Source of the DNA: an uncultured Actinomycetes bacterium
GTDB lineage: Bacteria > Actinomycetota > UBA4738 > JBBDTT01
Direction: 5' to 3'
Assembly (NCBI GenBank): GCA_963742735.1
Contig: CAVUMN010000004.1
Location: 800,001-864,000 of the forward strand
DNA length: 64,000 nucleotides
Position numbers and translations under genes: made by a program. Under the pieces are notes generated by a model. The model was given only the letters and a program-made list of their open reading frames with translations. It had not been told where the DNA came from and ran no database searches. Below, piece by piece: positions 18,117-27,067 of this stretch. Position 1 is the first letter of the stretch, and every line of letters begins with the position of its first letter.

Positions 18117-18650
18117 ATGGTGAGCGAGGAGGTCCCCGCCGACGCCCCGATCGACTGGGAGCGACTGGCCACGAGTCTTGATGCTCTCGAACATGCGAGC
18201 ACGCGGAAGGGGCAGCTCGCGCTGGCCGAGATCATCGGCGCCGACCGGCTGCGCGCGTCTGTCGACTGGTACGTCGCCGGCCTGCCGGGCTTCGAGCTCG
18301 CACGCTTCGCGCTTTGGAGGCTGCAGCCGCTTGCGGCGCGCGATCGATGCATCGAGATCTGGCGGTCCGATGCTGAACCACTCCGGCGTCAGCTCGCGGT
18401 CGAGCTGCTTCGTGTTGTCGCAACGGCCGAGGACCTCCACCTCGTCGGTGAGTTCCTGGCCGATCCCGATGCCGGCGTGCAGTTGTGGGGCATCGGCGTC
18501 CTCGATCAGCTGGTGTGGTCCAACCAGCTCGAGGCGGAGGAGGCTGCGCCGTTCCTCGACTTGGCGGCGACGCACGCAAACCCCGAAGTGCGCGAGCGAT
18601 GCGACTTCATCCGCGAGGTTCTGCGAGGCCGCGACACGATCGAGGACTGA
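18117..18650 (+). CDS. HEAT-repeat-like hypothetical protein
   Basis: Helical repeats LRRQLAVELL, FLADPDAGVQ and HANPEVRE; CAGTCT-N6-ATG start. Confidence 0.65.
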   Translation: MVSEEVPADAPIDWERLATSLDALEHASTRKGQLALAEIIGADRLRASVDWYVAGLPGFELARFALWRLQPLAARDRCIEIWRSDAEPLRRQLAVELLRVVATAEDLHLVGEFLADPDAGVQLWGIGVLDQLVWSNQLEAEEAAPFLDLAATHANPEVRERCDFIREVLRGRDTIED

Positions 18651-18693
18651 ACGCACCAGTGCCCGCTTCGTGGATCCGCTCGCCGACGCCCGA

Positions 18694-19095
18694 CTACGGA
18701 ACGGCGCCCGGATCGCGGAAGTGGCTTCCGCGTGGACGCTTAACCAGGTAGGCCCGACTGTCCTTCCAGACCCGCTCGAACTCCTCGCGAGTGATCTCGA
18801 CGTGCGGGTAGTCGCCCCAGTCGTGCTCGGACCCCTCCGGAACCCCTCCGTAGCGTTGCTGGTACTCCTCGAGCTCGGGCGTCGCCGCCTGGCGCCGGTA
18901 GCCCTGAAGCTTCCAGAACTCGGCGAGACTGGCCGCACCGACAGGAACCTCCAGCTCGCCCATGAGTTCGACTGCCCTGAGCACCTCGCCGGCGTCGGTC
19001 AACTCGTACAGGAACGTCATTCGGCTGCCATCTAGGCCGTCGACCGGAACGCCGATGAGATCTGCCTCGTCCCACTTGGCTCGAACCCAACGAAC
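18694..19095 (-). CDS. Hypothetical protein of a conserved actinobacterial type; start uncertain
   Basis: RWVRAKWDE...FLYELTDAGEVLRAVEL...AASLAE...ITREEFERVW; first ATG only at 19020. Confidence 0.55.
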   Translation of the reverse strand, partial: VRWVRAKWDEADLIGVPVDGLDGSRMTFLYELTDAGEVLRAVELMGELEVPVGAASLAEFWKLQGYRRQAATPELEEYQQRYGGVPEGSEHDWGDYPHVEITREEFERVWKDSRAYLVKRPRGSHFRDPGAVP

Positions 19096-19219
19096 CGCAG
19101 GATCAAGTTGCCGACCGAAGTCTTGTTCGATTGATGCAGTCCACCCTTCAACGAGTGGATCGTCAACTTGCTGGGGGTCTACAGCTCGATGCCGAAGCCC
19201 CGCTCCGCCCCCGAGCGTG

Positions 19220-19660
19220 CTACTCGGAGAGCCGGCGGTGCTCCCACGACGGGTCAGGCGGTCCGTCACCGAGCTCGCGCTGGAGTGCAGCACGATCGCG
19301 CCGGAGTTGGTCGAGCGTCGATACCGGCGGCTCAACGTCGTCGAGGGCCATGCGCTTGCCGGCGCTGCGCCGGATCGCTTGGCGGAGGTCATCGAGCGGG
19401 TCTGGCTCGATCTCGGCTGCGTGGCGCTCGTCCGCACGGCGGTCCTCGGCGACGACAAACACGTCGTTGCCGTGCGGGCCTCGAGAGAGCGCCGTGTAGG
19501 CGTGTTCTCGGGAGGTCGTGTCGTCGAGGAGGACGAGGGAGCGGTCGACGGTTGCGCCCTGAGCCTTGTGGATCGTGGTGGCGTAGCCGTGGGTGAGGTG
19601 ACCGGCCTCGGCGTAGGCGAACGGGATCAAGAGCCGACGACCATCGCTGAAGCCGAGTCG
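19220..19660 (-). pseudogene. C-terminal helicase fragment of a TraA/TrwC (MobF) conjugative relaxase
   Basis: HGYATTIHKAQGATVDRSLVL...SREHAYTALSRG; relaxase and P-loop parts are absent. Confidence 0.82.
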
Positions 19661-19710
19661 CGTTGTCGGCCGGCCACTCAGGAATCAGAGCGCGCTTCAG
19701 ATGTTCGCGA

Positions 19711-20871
19711 CTAGCTCTCGTCGAGCTTCCAGAGGCGGACGGCGTTGCCGGCCAGCATCTTGTAGCGCTCGCCCTGGTCGACGCCGGCCATCATCTCGTT
19801 GATCAGCTTCCGCGAGTACGGAAAGTCGTTGCCGTGGTGCGGGTAGTCGGTCGACCACATGATGTTGTCGACGCCCGCGGCGTGGCGGTTCTGGACGCCG
19901 TTGAAGTCGACCATGAACGTCGCGGCGAAGTTCCTGTACCAGTAGTAGCTCGGCTCGCGCTTCAGCTCGACGCCGCCCCAACCGCGATTGCGCCAGTAGC
20001 GGTCGTCCATCTGCTCCAAGAAGTGGGGGATCCAGCCGACCCCGGTCTCGATGAAGATGATCCGCAGGTCGGGGAAGCGGTCGAACACGCCGGAGAAGAT
20101 GAGCTGGCCGATGATCGGCGGGGTGTCCTTGAACACCGACGCCAGCCCCCCGACCGCCTTCTGCTTCTGCTTCGCGGTGCGGTCCGACACGCCCGGACTG
20201 GTGGCCTTGCCTCGCTCGAACGCCTTCACGCCGGCGCCGCGGGACATCAGGCGGATGTGGATGCTGACCGGGATGTCGAGCTCCTGGGCGGCCGCCCAGA
20301 ACGCGTCGTCCTCCTCCGAGAGGTCCTCGCCGCCGGTGGGCCAGGAGGAGATCACCACGCCCTTGAACCCGACGTCCTTCGACTTGCGGAGGTACTTCAC
20401 GCCCGTGTCCACGTCGAGGTTGGGGATCTGCTGCAGCCCGACGAGCCGCTCGCGGTCGGGCTCCATCCACTCGTTCCACAGGAAGTCGTTGTAGGCGTCG
20501 ATGCCGGCCAGGGAGACCTCGGGGTCCGGGTACCCGAGCCAGTGGCCGATCGTGCGCTGGGGCGGGAAGTGGATCTCCGCGTCGATCCCGTCGATGTCCA
20601 TGTCGCCCAGCCGCTCCTTGCCGATGTAGCAGGCCGGGCGGATGTCGTCGTAGGAGACGCCATGCCAGCGGAACTCCTCGAACCGCTTGCCCGGGGTCGA
20701 GACCAGGCCGATCGGGTCGGGGTCGCCGCCCACGAACTGCCACGCGTCGCCGCCCTCGTGGTCTTTCACGAGCGTCGGGGCGTTCTCCTGGAACTTCTTC
20801 GGGAGGTGGTTCTTCCAGATGTCGGGGGGCTCGAGGATGTGGGTGTCGGCCGAGATGATCTCGTAGCGCAT
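19711..20871 (-). CDS. Amidohydrolase_2 family protein
   Basis: IISADTHILEPP, IETGVGWIP and MWSTDYPH motifs; GGAGG SD. Confidence 0.92.
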   Translation of the reverse strand: MRYEIISADTHILEPPDIWKNHLPKKFQENAPTLVKDHEGGDAWQFVGGDPDPIGLVSTPGKRFEEFRWHGVSYDDIRPACYIGKERLGDMDIDGIDAEIHFPPQRTIGHWLGYPDPEVSLAGIDAYNDFLWNEWMEPDRERLVGLQQIPNLDVDTGVKYLRKSKDVGFKGVVISSWPTGGEDLSEEDDAFWAAAQELDIPVSIHIRLMSRGAGVKAFERGKATSPGVSDRTAKQKQKAVGGLASVFKDTPPIIGQLIFSGVFDRFPDLRIIFIETGVGWIPHFLEQMDDRYWRNRGWGGVELKREPSYYWYRNFAATFMVDFNGVQNRHAAGVDNIMWSTDYPHHGNDFPYSRKLINEMMAGVDQGERYKMLAGNAVRLWKLDES

Positions 20872-20913
20872 TCGGTATTCCTCCCGGGTCCAGGTGTGCG
20901 GGCCAGCGTACAC

Positions 20914-20929
20914 CTGACGCGAGCGTCAG
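20914..20929. promoter_or_regulatory. Palindromic operator CTGACGC-GA-GCGTCAG
   Basis: Perfect 7-bp inverted repeat next to the TACGCT -10 of the amidohydrolase; motif recurs at 25472 and 46689. Confidence 0.6.
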
Positions 20930-20973
20930 CGCCACCGGCAGGAGGGGGCCGGGGGCGCGTTGAACCAGTTCAG

Positions 20974-23631
20974 GTGCGCCTCTCTCGTCTCGCGGTCCCG
21001 CTGTCCTTCGTTCTGGCCGCGGTGGGCCTGCCGGCCGGCTCGCCGGCCGTCGCCGCCCCCGCCGGCGCCGGGCAGTTCGTGCTGAGCCCCGAGGGCAACC
21101 ACCTGTGGGCGTACGACGCCGCGACCGGCGCCGCGCAGCTCGTCAACCTGGCGCAGAACGGAAGCGGCGACCCCGGCGTGGCGCCGCCGAAGGGCTCGTC
21201 GAAGCGAGACATCAACGGCCAGGTCTGCGTGACCCCCGACCAGCGCCACGTCATCACCGGCGAGGACACCGTGATCGGCTCCGGCGGGAGCCACGACCCG
21301 CGCATCGCGGGATGGGGCTACTTCGCGATCTCGGGCTCGCGTCTCGGCGAGATCCGCATCCGGCAGGTCGGCAAGCTCGCCCCGGAGGCCGGGACCGGCC
21401 CCGGGTACACCGGCGACCCCGACAACTTCGGGTGCGGCTTCCTCGATGCCAGGCGGCTCGTGACGACGGCCATCGGCAATACGCTCCCGGGCGAGCCCGC
21501 GAACGGCCAGCTGTTCCTGTGGTTCGGCCCGTTCGATCGCCGGTTCCGCTCGGAGAAGACCGAGGACAAGACGACGACGTTCTTCGTCGGCGAGGTGCCG
21601 CACTGCGAGCTCGACCACACGCTCGCGACCGCGGGCGGGATCGCCGTCGACCCGAAGAACGGCGACGTCTATGTGGCCGCGAACCGTCCGACCGAGATTC
21701 CCGGGGGCGACCCCGGCGGCATCTGGCGGTTCAGCGGCCGGTTCCCGAAGACCCCGAAGGAGTGCACCAGGGCCTACCTCGACAGGCACGTGAGGAAGGA
21801 GCTGGTGATCCCCATCGAGCCACAGCTGCCCGCCGACCCGACGGCGCCGACGCCGAGCGCGGTCGTGGTCAGCCCGGACGACACCCTGTACGTCTCGAGC
21901 GTGTTCTCGGGGACCGTGTCGGAGTTCAGCAGGGACGGGGTGTGGAGGCGCGACCTGTACCCGCTCTCGCCGGTGGCGCCGCGGACCGGCCCGACGACGC
22001 AGACGCCGTTCGGGCTCGCCATCACCCGCGACGGCGCCCTGTGGATCGCCGACCTCGGCATCGCCCTGGCCGCGCCCGCGCCGGGACAAGGCTCCGTCAT
22101 CCGGGTGCCCCTCGGCGACGCCGTCGCCGTGCCGGAGACGGTCAAGGACGGGCTGACGTTCCCGGACGGGCTGGGCGTGTACTCGCCGCGGGCGGGCGCG
22201 TCGAGGCGGGGCGCCGCGACGTCGCAGTGGCCGTGCGGCAACTGGGGCATGTACGGCCGGACGCTCTCCCGGGAGTTCTCGACCGACTGTCCCAGCGGGA
22301 TCTCGCCGGAGACGGTCTCCGCGCTGCAGCCGGCCTGGACGTTCCGGGTCCCGCCGGCGCCGGGAGACCAGACCACGTTCACGGCGACGCCCGCCGTCGT
22401 CGAGGGTGTCGTGTACGTGGGGAGCTGGAACGGGAAGTTCTACGCGCTGAACCTCGAGGACGGCTCGGTGATCTGGGAGCACGAGACGATCCCGGCCGTG
22501 GGCGCCACGTTCGGACCGATCGTGTCCTCGGCGGCGGTGGCCGACGTGCGCGGCCGCAGGACGGTGTTCTTCGGCGCGGGGCCGCGGCTGTACGCGCTCG
22601 ACGCCGCCGACGGACGCGAGGTGTGGACCCGGCACTTCGGCAAGCTCCCCCGCGGCGAGGCCGACCCGGCGGAGGTCGAGTCCTCGCCGGTGGTGTGGAA
22701 GGACACCGTCTACGTGGGGATGGACGTCCACAACCAGCGCGGCGACGAGACGGGGAACAACCGGGGCGGCGTCTTCGCGCTGAACGCCGCGAGCGGCGCG
22801 ATCAAGTGGGAGTACCACCCGGAGCGCACGGCGCGGCAGTCCGCGTCGGGATGCGGCGGCGTGTGGGGCTCGCCGACCATCGACGCCGGCACGGGCCTGC
22901 TGTACTTCGGCACCGCCAACTGTCCGGCCGTGAACGACAACCCGAAGCTCCCGATGGAGGAGATCACCGCGCTGCGGGCGGCGACCGGCACGCGGGTATG
23001 GACGTTCCGCCCCCACCAGCCCGCCGGGGAGGAGGCCTACGACGACCAGGACGAGGACTTCGGGGCCACGCCGAACCTGTTCCGCGACACGACCGGGCGG
23101 AAGGTCCTGGGCGCCGGAAGCAAGGACGGGAGCTACTACGCGCTCGACCCGCGGAACGGCAAGGTCCTGTGGAACACCTCGGTCACCTCCCCAGCTCCGG
23201 GGGTCGGCGGGTTCATCGGCTCGCCCGCGGTGCTGGACGGGAACGTGTTCGGCGGCGTCGCGATCGGCTCACCCACCTGGTACCACTCGCTCGACGGCGC
23301 CACCGGCGAGCTGCGATGGAGGGGCGCCGCGGGGCCGAGCTACGCCGCGTCGGCGGGCGTCAACGGAGTGGTGTTCTCCGGCGCTCTCGACTTCACTGTG
23401 AAGGCGTTCGACGCGGCGACCGGCAACGTGCTGTGGGTCTCACCGGCCCTGGGGGCGGTGTCCTCGGGCCCGGCGATCGTGGGGGACTGGGTCCTGATCG
23501 GCTCCGGGACCTCGACGTCCGACGCGTGCGCGAAGGACCTTCCGGCCTCGGACGTGTGCGTCGCCTTCTTCGACGCCGCGCTGTCGCAGCAGGGCGGCCT
23601 CCACGCGTACCGGCTGCCCGCGCTTCCCTAG
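20974..23631 (+). CDS. Secreted two-domain protein: uncharacterised beta-propeller plus PQQ-binding-like (polyvinyl alcohol dehydrogenase-type) propeller
   Basis: Signal peptide; WGMYG, ATPAVVEGVVYVGSWNGKFYAL...W, GGVWGSPTID and D.DFGATPNL motifs. Confidence 0.82.
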   Translation: MRLSRLAVPLSFVLAAVGLPAGSPAVAAPAGAGQFVLSPEGNHLWAYDAATGAAQLVNLAQNGSGDPGVAPPKGSSKRDINGQVCVTPDQRHVITGEDTVIGSGGSHDPRIAGWGYFAISGSRLGEIRIRQVGKLAPEAGTGPGYTGDPDNFGCGFLDARRLVTTAIGNTLPGEPANGQLFLWFGPFDRRFRSEKTEDKTTTFFVGEVPHCELDHTLATAGGIAVDPKNGDVYVAANRPTEIPGGDPGGIWRFSGRFPKTPKECTRAYLDRHVRKELVIPIEPQLPADPTAPTPSAVVVSPDDTLYVSSVFSGTVSEFSRDGVWRRDLYPLSPVAPRTGPTTQTPFGLAITRDGALWIADLGIALAAPAPGQGSVIRVPLGDAVAVPETVKDGLTFPDGLGVYSPRAGASRRGAATSQWPCGNWGMYGRTLSREFSTDCPSGISPETVSALQPAWTFRVPPAPGDQTTFTATPAVVEGVVYVGSWNGKFYALNLEDGSVIWEHETIPAVGATFGPIVSSAAVADVRGRRTVFFGAGPRLYALDAADGREVWTRHFGKLPRGEADPAEVESSPVVWKDTVYVGMDVHNQRGDETGNNRGGVFALNAASGAIKWEYHPERTARQSASGCGGVWGSPTIDAGTGLLYFGTANCPAVNDNPKLPMEEITALRAATGTRVWTFRPHQPAGEEAYDDQDEDFGATPNLFRDTTGRKVLGAGSKDGSYYALDPRNGKVLWNTSVTSPAPGVGGFIGSPAVLDGNVFGGVAIGSPTWYHSLDGATGELRWRGAAGPSYAASAGVNGVVFSGALDFTVKAFDAATGNVLWVSPALGAVSSGPAIVGDWVLIGSGTSTSDACAKDLPASDVCVAFFDAALSQQGGLHAYRLPALP

Positions 23632-24014
23632 GGCGTCCAGGTCTTCCGTTCGGCTCCCGGCTTGTACCAGGGGATGAACTTGCGGTTCTCCATGTCCCGG
23701 CCGGGGTCGTAGAGCGGCTTCACTTCCTCGCCGACGGCCTCGTGGCGCTCCTCGTGCTCCCAGTCCTTCATGGTCTGGTAGCTGTCCCACTCGCTGATCA
23801 CGAACCACCGGCCGTCGATCATCGAGCGGCCGAAGTGCGCCCACCGGTAGCCGGGCTGCTTCTGGGCGAGCTCGAACATCTCCTCCATGTATTTCGCGAA
23901 CTCGTCCTCCTTGTAGTCCTTCACGAAGAACTGGAGGACCGACAGCCAGGTCGTGTCGTAGGGGAAGCCGGCGTCGTCCTGGGGCGGGAGGCTGTTGATC
24001 GGCTCGTCGGCCAC
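23628..24014 (-). CDS. Antibiotic biosynthesis monooxygenase (ABM) domain protein
   Basis: AQKQPGY and ISEWDSY...W.H...H motifs; GAGGAGG SD before GTG. Confidence 0.8.
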   Translation of the reverse strand: MADEPINSLPPQDDAGFPYDTTWLSVLQFFVKDYKEDEFAKYMEEMFELAQKQPGYRWAHFGRSMIDGRWFVISEWDSYQTMKDWEHEERHEAVGEEVKPLYDPGRDMENRKFIPWYKPGAERKTWTP

Positions 24015-24058
24015 GCGATTCCTCCTCGGGTGCTCGGGTGCGGCATCGTATCCGGGCC

Positions 24059-25474
24059 ATGACCTCCGACCCACTCGATCTGGACGCCGTCGGGCTGGCC
24101 GAGGCGATCCGTCGTGGGGAGCTGTCACCCGTCGAGGCGGTGGAGGCCGCGGCGCGCCGGATCGAGGCGGTCGACCCCGTGGTGAACGCCGTGATCCACG
24201 AGCGCTTCGAGCGGGCGCTGGACGAGGCGGAGGACGGACTGCCCCAGGGCCCGTTCCGGGGGGTCCCGCTGCTGCTGAAGGACCTCGGCTGCGCCTCGGC
24301 GGGGGACCCCCGCCACGACGGGATGCGCTTCCTGCGAGACCTCGAGTGGGTGGAGGCCGCCGACTCGGAGCTCACGGCGGCATTCCGCGCGGCCGGGTTC
24401 GCGATCATCGGCCGGACCAACACCCCGGAGCTGGGGCTGCTTCCCACGACCGAGCCGGAGGCGCACGGGCCGACCCGGAACCCGTGGAACCTCGAACGAT
24501 CGGCGGGAGGATCGAGCGGCGGCTCCGGCGCCGCGGTGGCGGTGCGGATGGTGCCGGTCGCCCACGCGAGCGACAGCGGCGGGTCGATCCGCATCCCGGC
24601 CAGCGCGTGCGGGCTGGTCGGCCTCAAGCCCTCCCGTGGGCGCACGCCTCCCGGCGATCCGGCCGACTCGCCGCTGGGAGGCCATCACGTGCTGACCCGA
24701 TCGGTCCGGGACGCGGTGGCCGTCCTCGACGTGTTGTCCGGAGGCACGTTCGCGTCGGCGTCCACGGTGCCCCTCGAGGGGCTGCGGGTCGGGTTCGCCA
24801 CGGCGGCGTCCGGCGCGATGGTGCCCACCCATCCGGCATGCGCGGCGGCGGCCGAGGCGCTGGCCTCCCGGCTGGGGACGATGGGTCACCACGTGACCGG
24901 CGGCGGCCCCCCGGCGCTCAACGACCTGGATGCCGCCTCGGCGTTCCTATTCGGCCTGGGGGTCGCGTTCGGGACGGAGGCGGCCGACCGGCTCGCCCGG
25001 TGGAGCGTGGCCACCGGACGGCGGATCGGACCCGCGGACGTCGAGGTCCACACGTGGGCGCTCGCCGAGATGGGACGGTCGCTGTCGGACGAGACGATCG
25101 GCCGGGCCCTGGCCGACCTGGAGTCCTTCTCCGCCGCCGTCATCGGCTGGTGGGACGAGCACGACCTGCTGGTGACGCCGACCATCGCCGAGCCGCCGCC
25201 GCCGCTGGGTGAGTTCGTCTCGACGCCCGAGGATCCCCTCGCCGCCGGGCTCCGCGCGGGCCGGCTGACGCCGTTCACGACCCCGTTCAACGTCACCGGC
25301 CAGCCCGCGATCTCCCTGCCGGCGGCGTGGACCGACGACGGCCTGCCGATCGGCGTCCAGCTCGTGGCCGCCCCGGGCCGGGAGGACGTCCTGATCCGCG
25401 TGGCGGCCGCGCTCGAGGAGGAGCTCCGCTGGGAGGAGCGCGTGCCGCCCCGACCTCGGACGCGTGACAGGTGA
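24059..25474 (+). CDS. Amidase (amidase signature family)
   Basis: LKDL, GGSSGGSGAAVA and DSGGSIRIPA motifs. Confidence 0.93.
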   Translation: MTSDPLDLDAVGLAEAIRRGELSPVEAVEAAARRIEAVDPVVNAVIHERFERALDEAEDGLPQGPFRGVPLLLKDLGCASAGDPRHDGMRFLRDLEWVEAADSELTAAFRAAGFAIIGRTNTPELGLLPTTEPEAHGPTRNPWNLERSAGGSSGGSGAAVAVRMVPVAHASDSGGSIRIPASACGLVGLKPSRGRTPPGDPADSPLGGHHVLTRSVRDAVAVLDVLSGGTFASASTVPLEGLRVGFATAASGAMVPTHPACAAAAEALASRLGTMGHHVTGGGPPALNDLDAASAFLFGLGVAFGTEAADRLARWSVATGRRIGPADVEVHTWALAEMGRSLSDETIGRALADLESFSAAVIGWWDEHDLLVTPTIAEPPPPLGEFVSTPEDPLAAGLRAGRLTPFTTPFNVTGQPAISLPAAWTDDGLPIGVQLVAAPGREDVLIRVAAALEEELRWEERVPPRPRTRDR

Positions 25475-25485
25475 CGCACGCGTCA
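25472..25485. promoter_or_regulatory. Palindromic operator TGACGC-AC-GCGTCA
   Basis: Same motif as 20914; lies 14 nt upstream of the ltp operon start. Confidence 0.6.
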
Positions 25486-25499
25486 GGGAGGATGCGGGC

Positions 25500-26651
25500 G
25501 TGACCGGGATCCGAGACCGCGCGGCGATCGTCGGCGTGGCCCACACCGAGTTCTCGAAGTCGATCGGGCGTCCCGAGCGCACGATCGCCCTCGAGGCGAT
25601 CCGCGGCGCGCTCGACGACGCCGGCCTGCAGCCGTCCGACGTGGACGGCCTGGTGAAGTTCACGATGGAGCGCACGGTCGAGGTCGAGATCGCCCGCAAC
25701 CTGGGCATCCCGAACCTCCGGTTCTTCGGCGAGGTCGGCTACGGGGGCGGGGCGGGGTGCGGCGCGGTCGGCCACGCGGCGATGGCGATCGCGACCGGCA
25801 TGGCCGAGGTGGTCGTGGTGTGGCGGGCCCGGCTGCGGGGCAGCGGCGGCCGTCCGTGGGCGTCGAAGTCGAACCGCGTCGGCGACGAATTCCAGTGGTT
25901 CCTGCCGTGGGGCCTGTCGCGGCCGGTGGACCAGATCGCGATGCTCACCCGCCGCCACATGATCGAGCTCGGCTCCACCGAGGAGCAGTTCGGGGCGGTC
26001 GCGGTCGCCTTCCGCGAACACGCGCAGCAGAATCCCGCCGCGATGATGCACGGCAAGCCGATGTCGATGGAGGACTACCTGGCGGCGCGCTGGGTCAGCG
26101 AGCCGCTGCGGCTGTTCGACTGCTGCCTGGAGTCCGACGGCGCGCTGGCCGTGGTCCTGACCACGCCGGAGCGGGCGCGGGACCTGAGGAAGCCGCCGGT
26201 GCTCGTCCGGGGCGCTTCGCAGGGGACGGGTCCCGACCACACCGTGATGGCGAACTACTTCACCGAGCGGCCGCTCGACTCGCCGGCGAAGTACTCGGCC
26301 GAGGACCTGTGGCGGCAGGCCGGCATGGGGCCGGAGGACATCGACTGCGCGCAGTTCTACGACGCGTTCTCGCCGCTCGTCGTGATCTCGCTCGAGGAGT
26401 ACGGGTTCTGCAAGCCGGGCGACGGCGGGCCGTTCGCGGCCGACGGCAACCTCCGGCTGGGCGGGCGCCTGCCCACCAACACCAGCGGCGGCTCGCTGTC
26501 CGAGGCGTACGTCCACGGGATGAACCTGGTCGTCGAGGGCGTCCGACAGATCCGCGGCGAGAGCGTCAACCAGGTCGAGGGCTGCGCGAACGTGCTGGTC
26601 ACCAGCGGCAACGGCGTGCCCACCAGCTCGCTGATCCTGGGGGCGGCATGA
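25500..26651 (+). CDS. Lipid-transfer-protein / thiolase-like (Ltp2-type aldolase)
   Basis: AAIVGV..T.FSK, DCCLESDG, YDAFS and NTSGGSLSEAYVHG motifs; followed by DUF35. Confidence 0.9.
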   Translation: MTGIRDRAAIVGVAHTEFSKSIGRPERTIALEAIRGALDDAGLQPSDVDGLVKFTMERTVEVEIARNLGIPNLRFFGEVGYGGGAGCGAVGHAAMAIATGMAEVVVVWRARLRGSGGRPWASKSNRVGDEFQWFLPWGLSRPVDQIAMLTRRHMIELGSTEEQFGAVAVAFREHAQQNPAAMMHGKPMSMEDYLAARWVSEPLRLFDCCLESDGALAVVLTTPERARDLRKPPVLVRGASQGTGPDHTVMANYFTERPLDSPAKYSAEDLWRQAGMGPEDIDCAQFYDAFSPLVVISLEEYGFCKPGDGGPFAADGNLRLGGRLPTNTSGGSLSEAYVHGMNLVVEGVRQIRGESVNQVEGCANVLVTSGNGVPTSSLILGAA

Positions 26652-27067
26652 CCGATCCGGCCGCGAAGTCGCCGCGCCCGGTCCCGTACCCCGACGACGC
26701 GTCGGAGGGGTTCTGGGAGGCCTGCGCGCGCCACGAGCTGGTCATCCAGAAATGCTCCGAGTGCGGGACGTTCCGGTACCCGCCGCGGCCGATGTGCCCG
26801 TCGTGCAGCTCGATGGAGTACGGCTCCGAGCCGGCGAGCGGGCGGGCGAAGGTGTGGTCGTGGGTGATCGCCCACCCGCCCGTCCTTCCGGCGTTCGCCG
26901 ACCGGGTGCCGTACAACGTGGTCGTGGTGGAGCTCGAGGAGGGCGTCCGGATGGTCGGCAACGCGGTGGAGTGCGACAACGAGGACCTGCACGACGGGAT
27001 GGCCGTCGAGGTCGCGTGGGACGACGTCGAGGACGGCGTCTCGATCCCGGTGTGGAGGCCCGCGTGA
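26648..27067 (+). CDS. Zn-ribbon / OB-fold protein (DUF35)
   Basis: FWEAC...QKCSECG...PPRPMCPSC and VELEEGVRM motifs. Confidence 0.92.
   Translation: MTDPAAKSPRPVPYPDDASEGFWEACARHELVIQKCSECGTFRYPPRPMCPSCSSMEYGSEPASGRAKVWSWVIAHPPVLPAFADRVPYNVVVVELEEGVRMVGNAVECDNEDLHDGMAVEVAWDDVEDGVSIPVWRPA

Larger units (their letters stand above)
17901..19712. mobile_element. Degenerate insertion carrying a relaxase remnant and two cargo genes, flanked by a CGCGACT direct repeat
   Basis: CGCGACT at 17901-17907 and 19706-19712; visibly lower GC with atypical codons; TraA/TrwC fragment inside. Confidence 0.6.

Noticed and set aside
19663-20973. N-terminal 437 aa of the 1322-aa ORF
   Set aside because: Antisense shadow of the amidohydrolase gene; the signal peptide begins at GTG 20974
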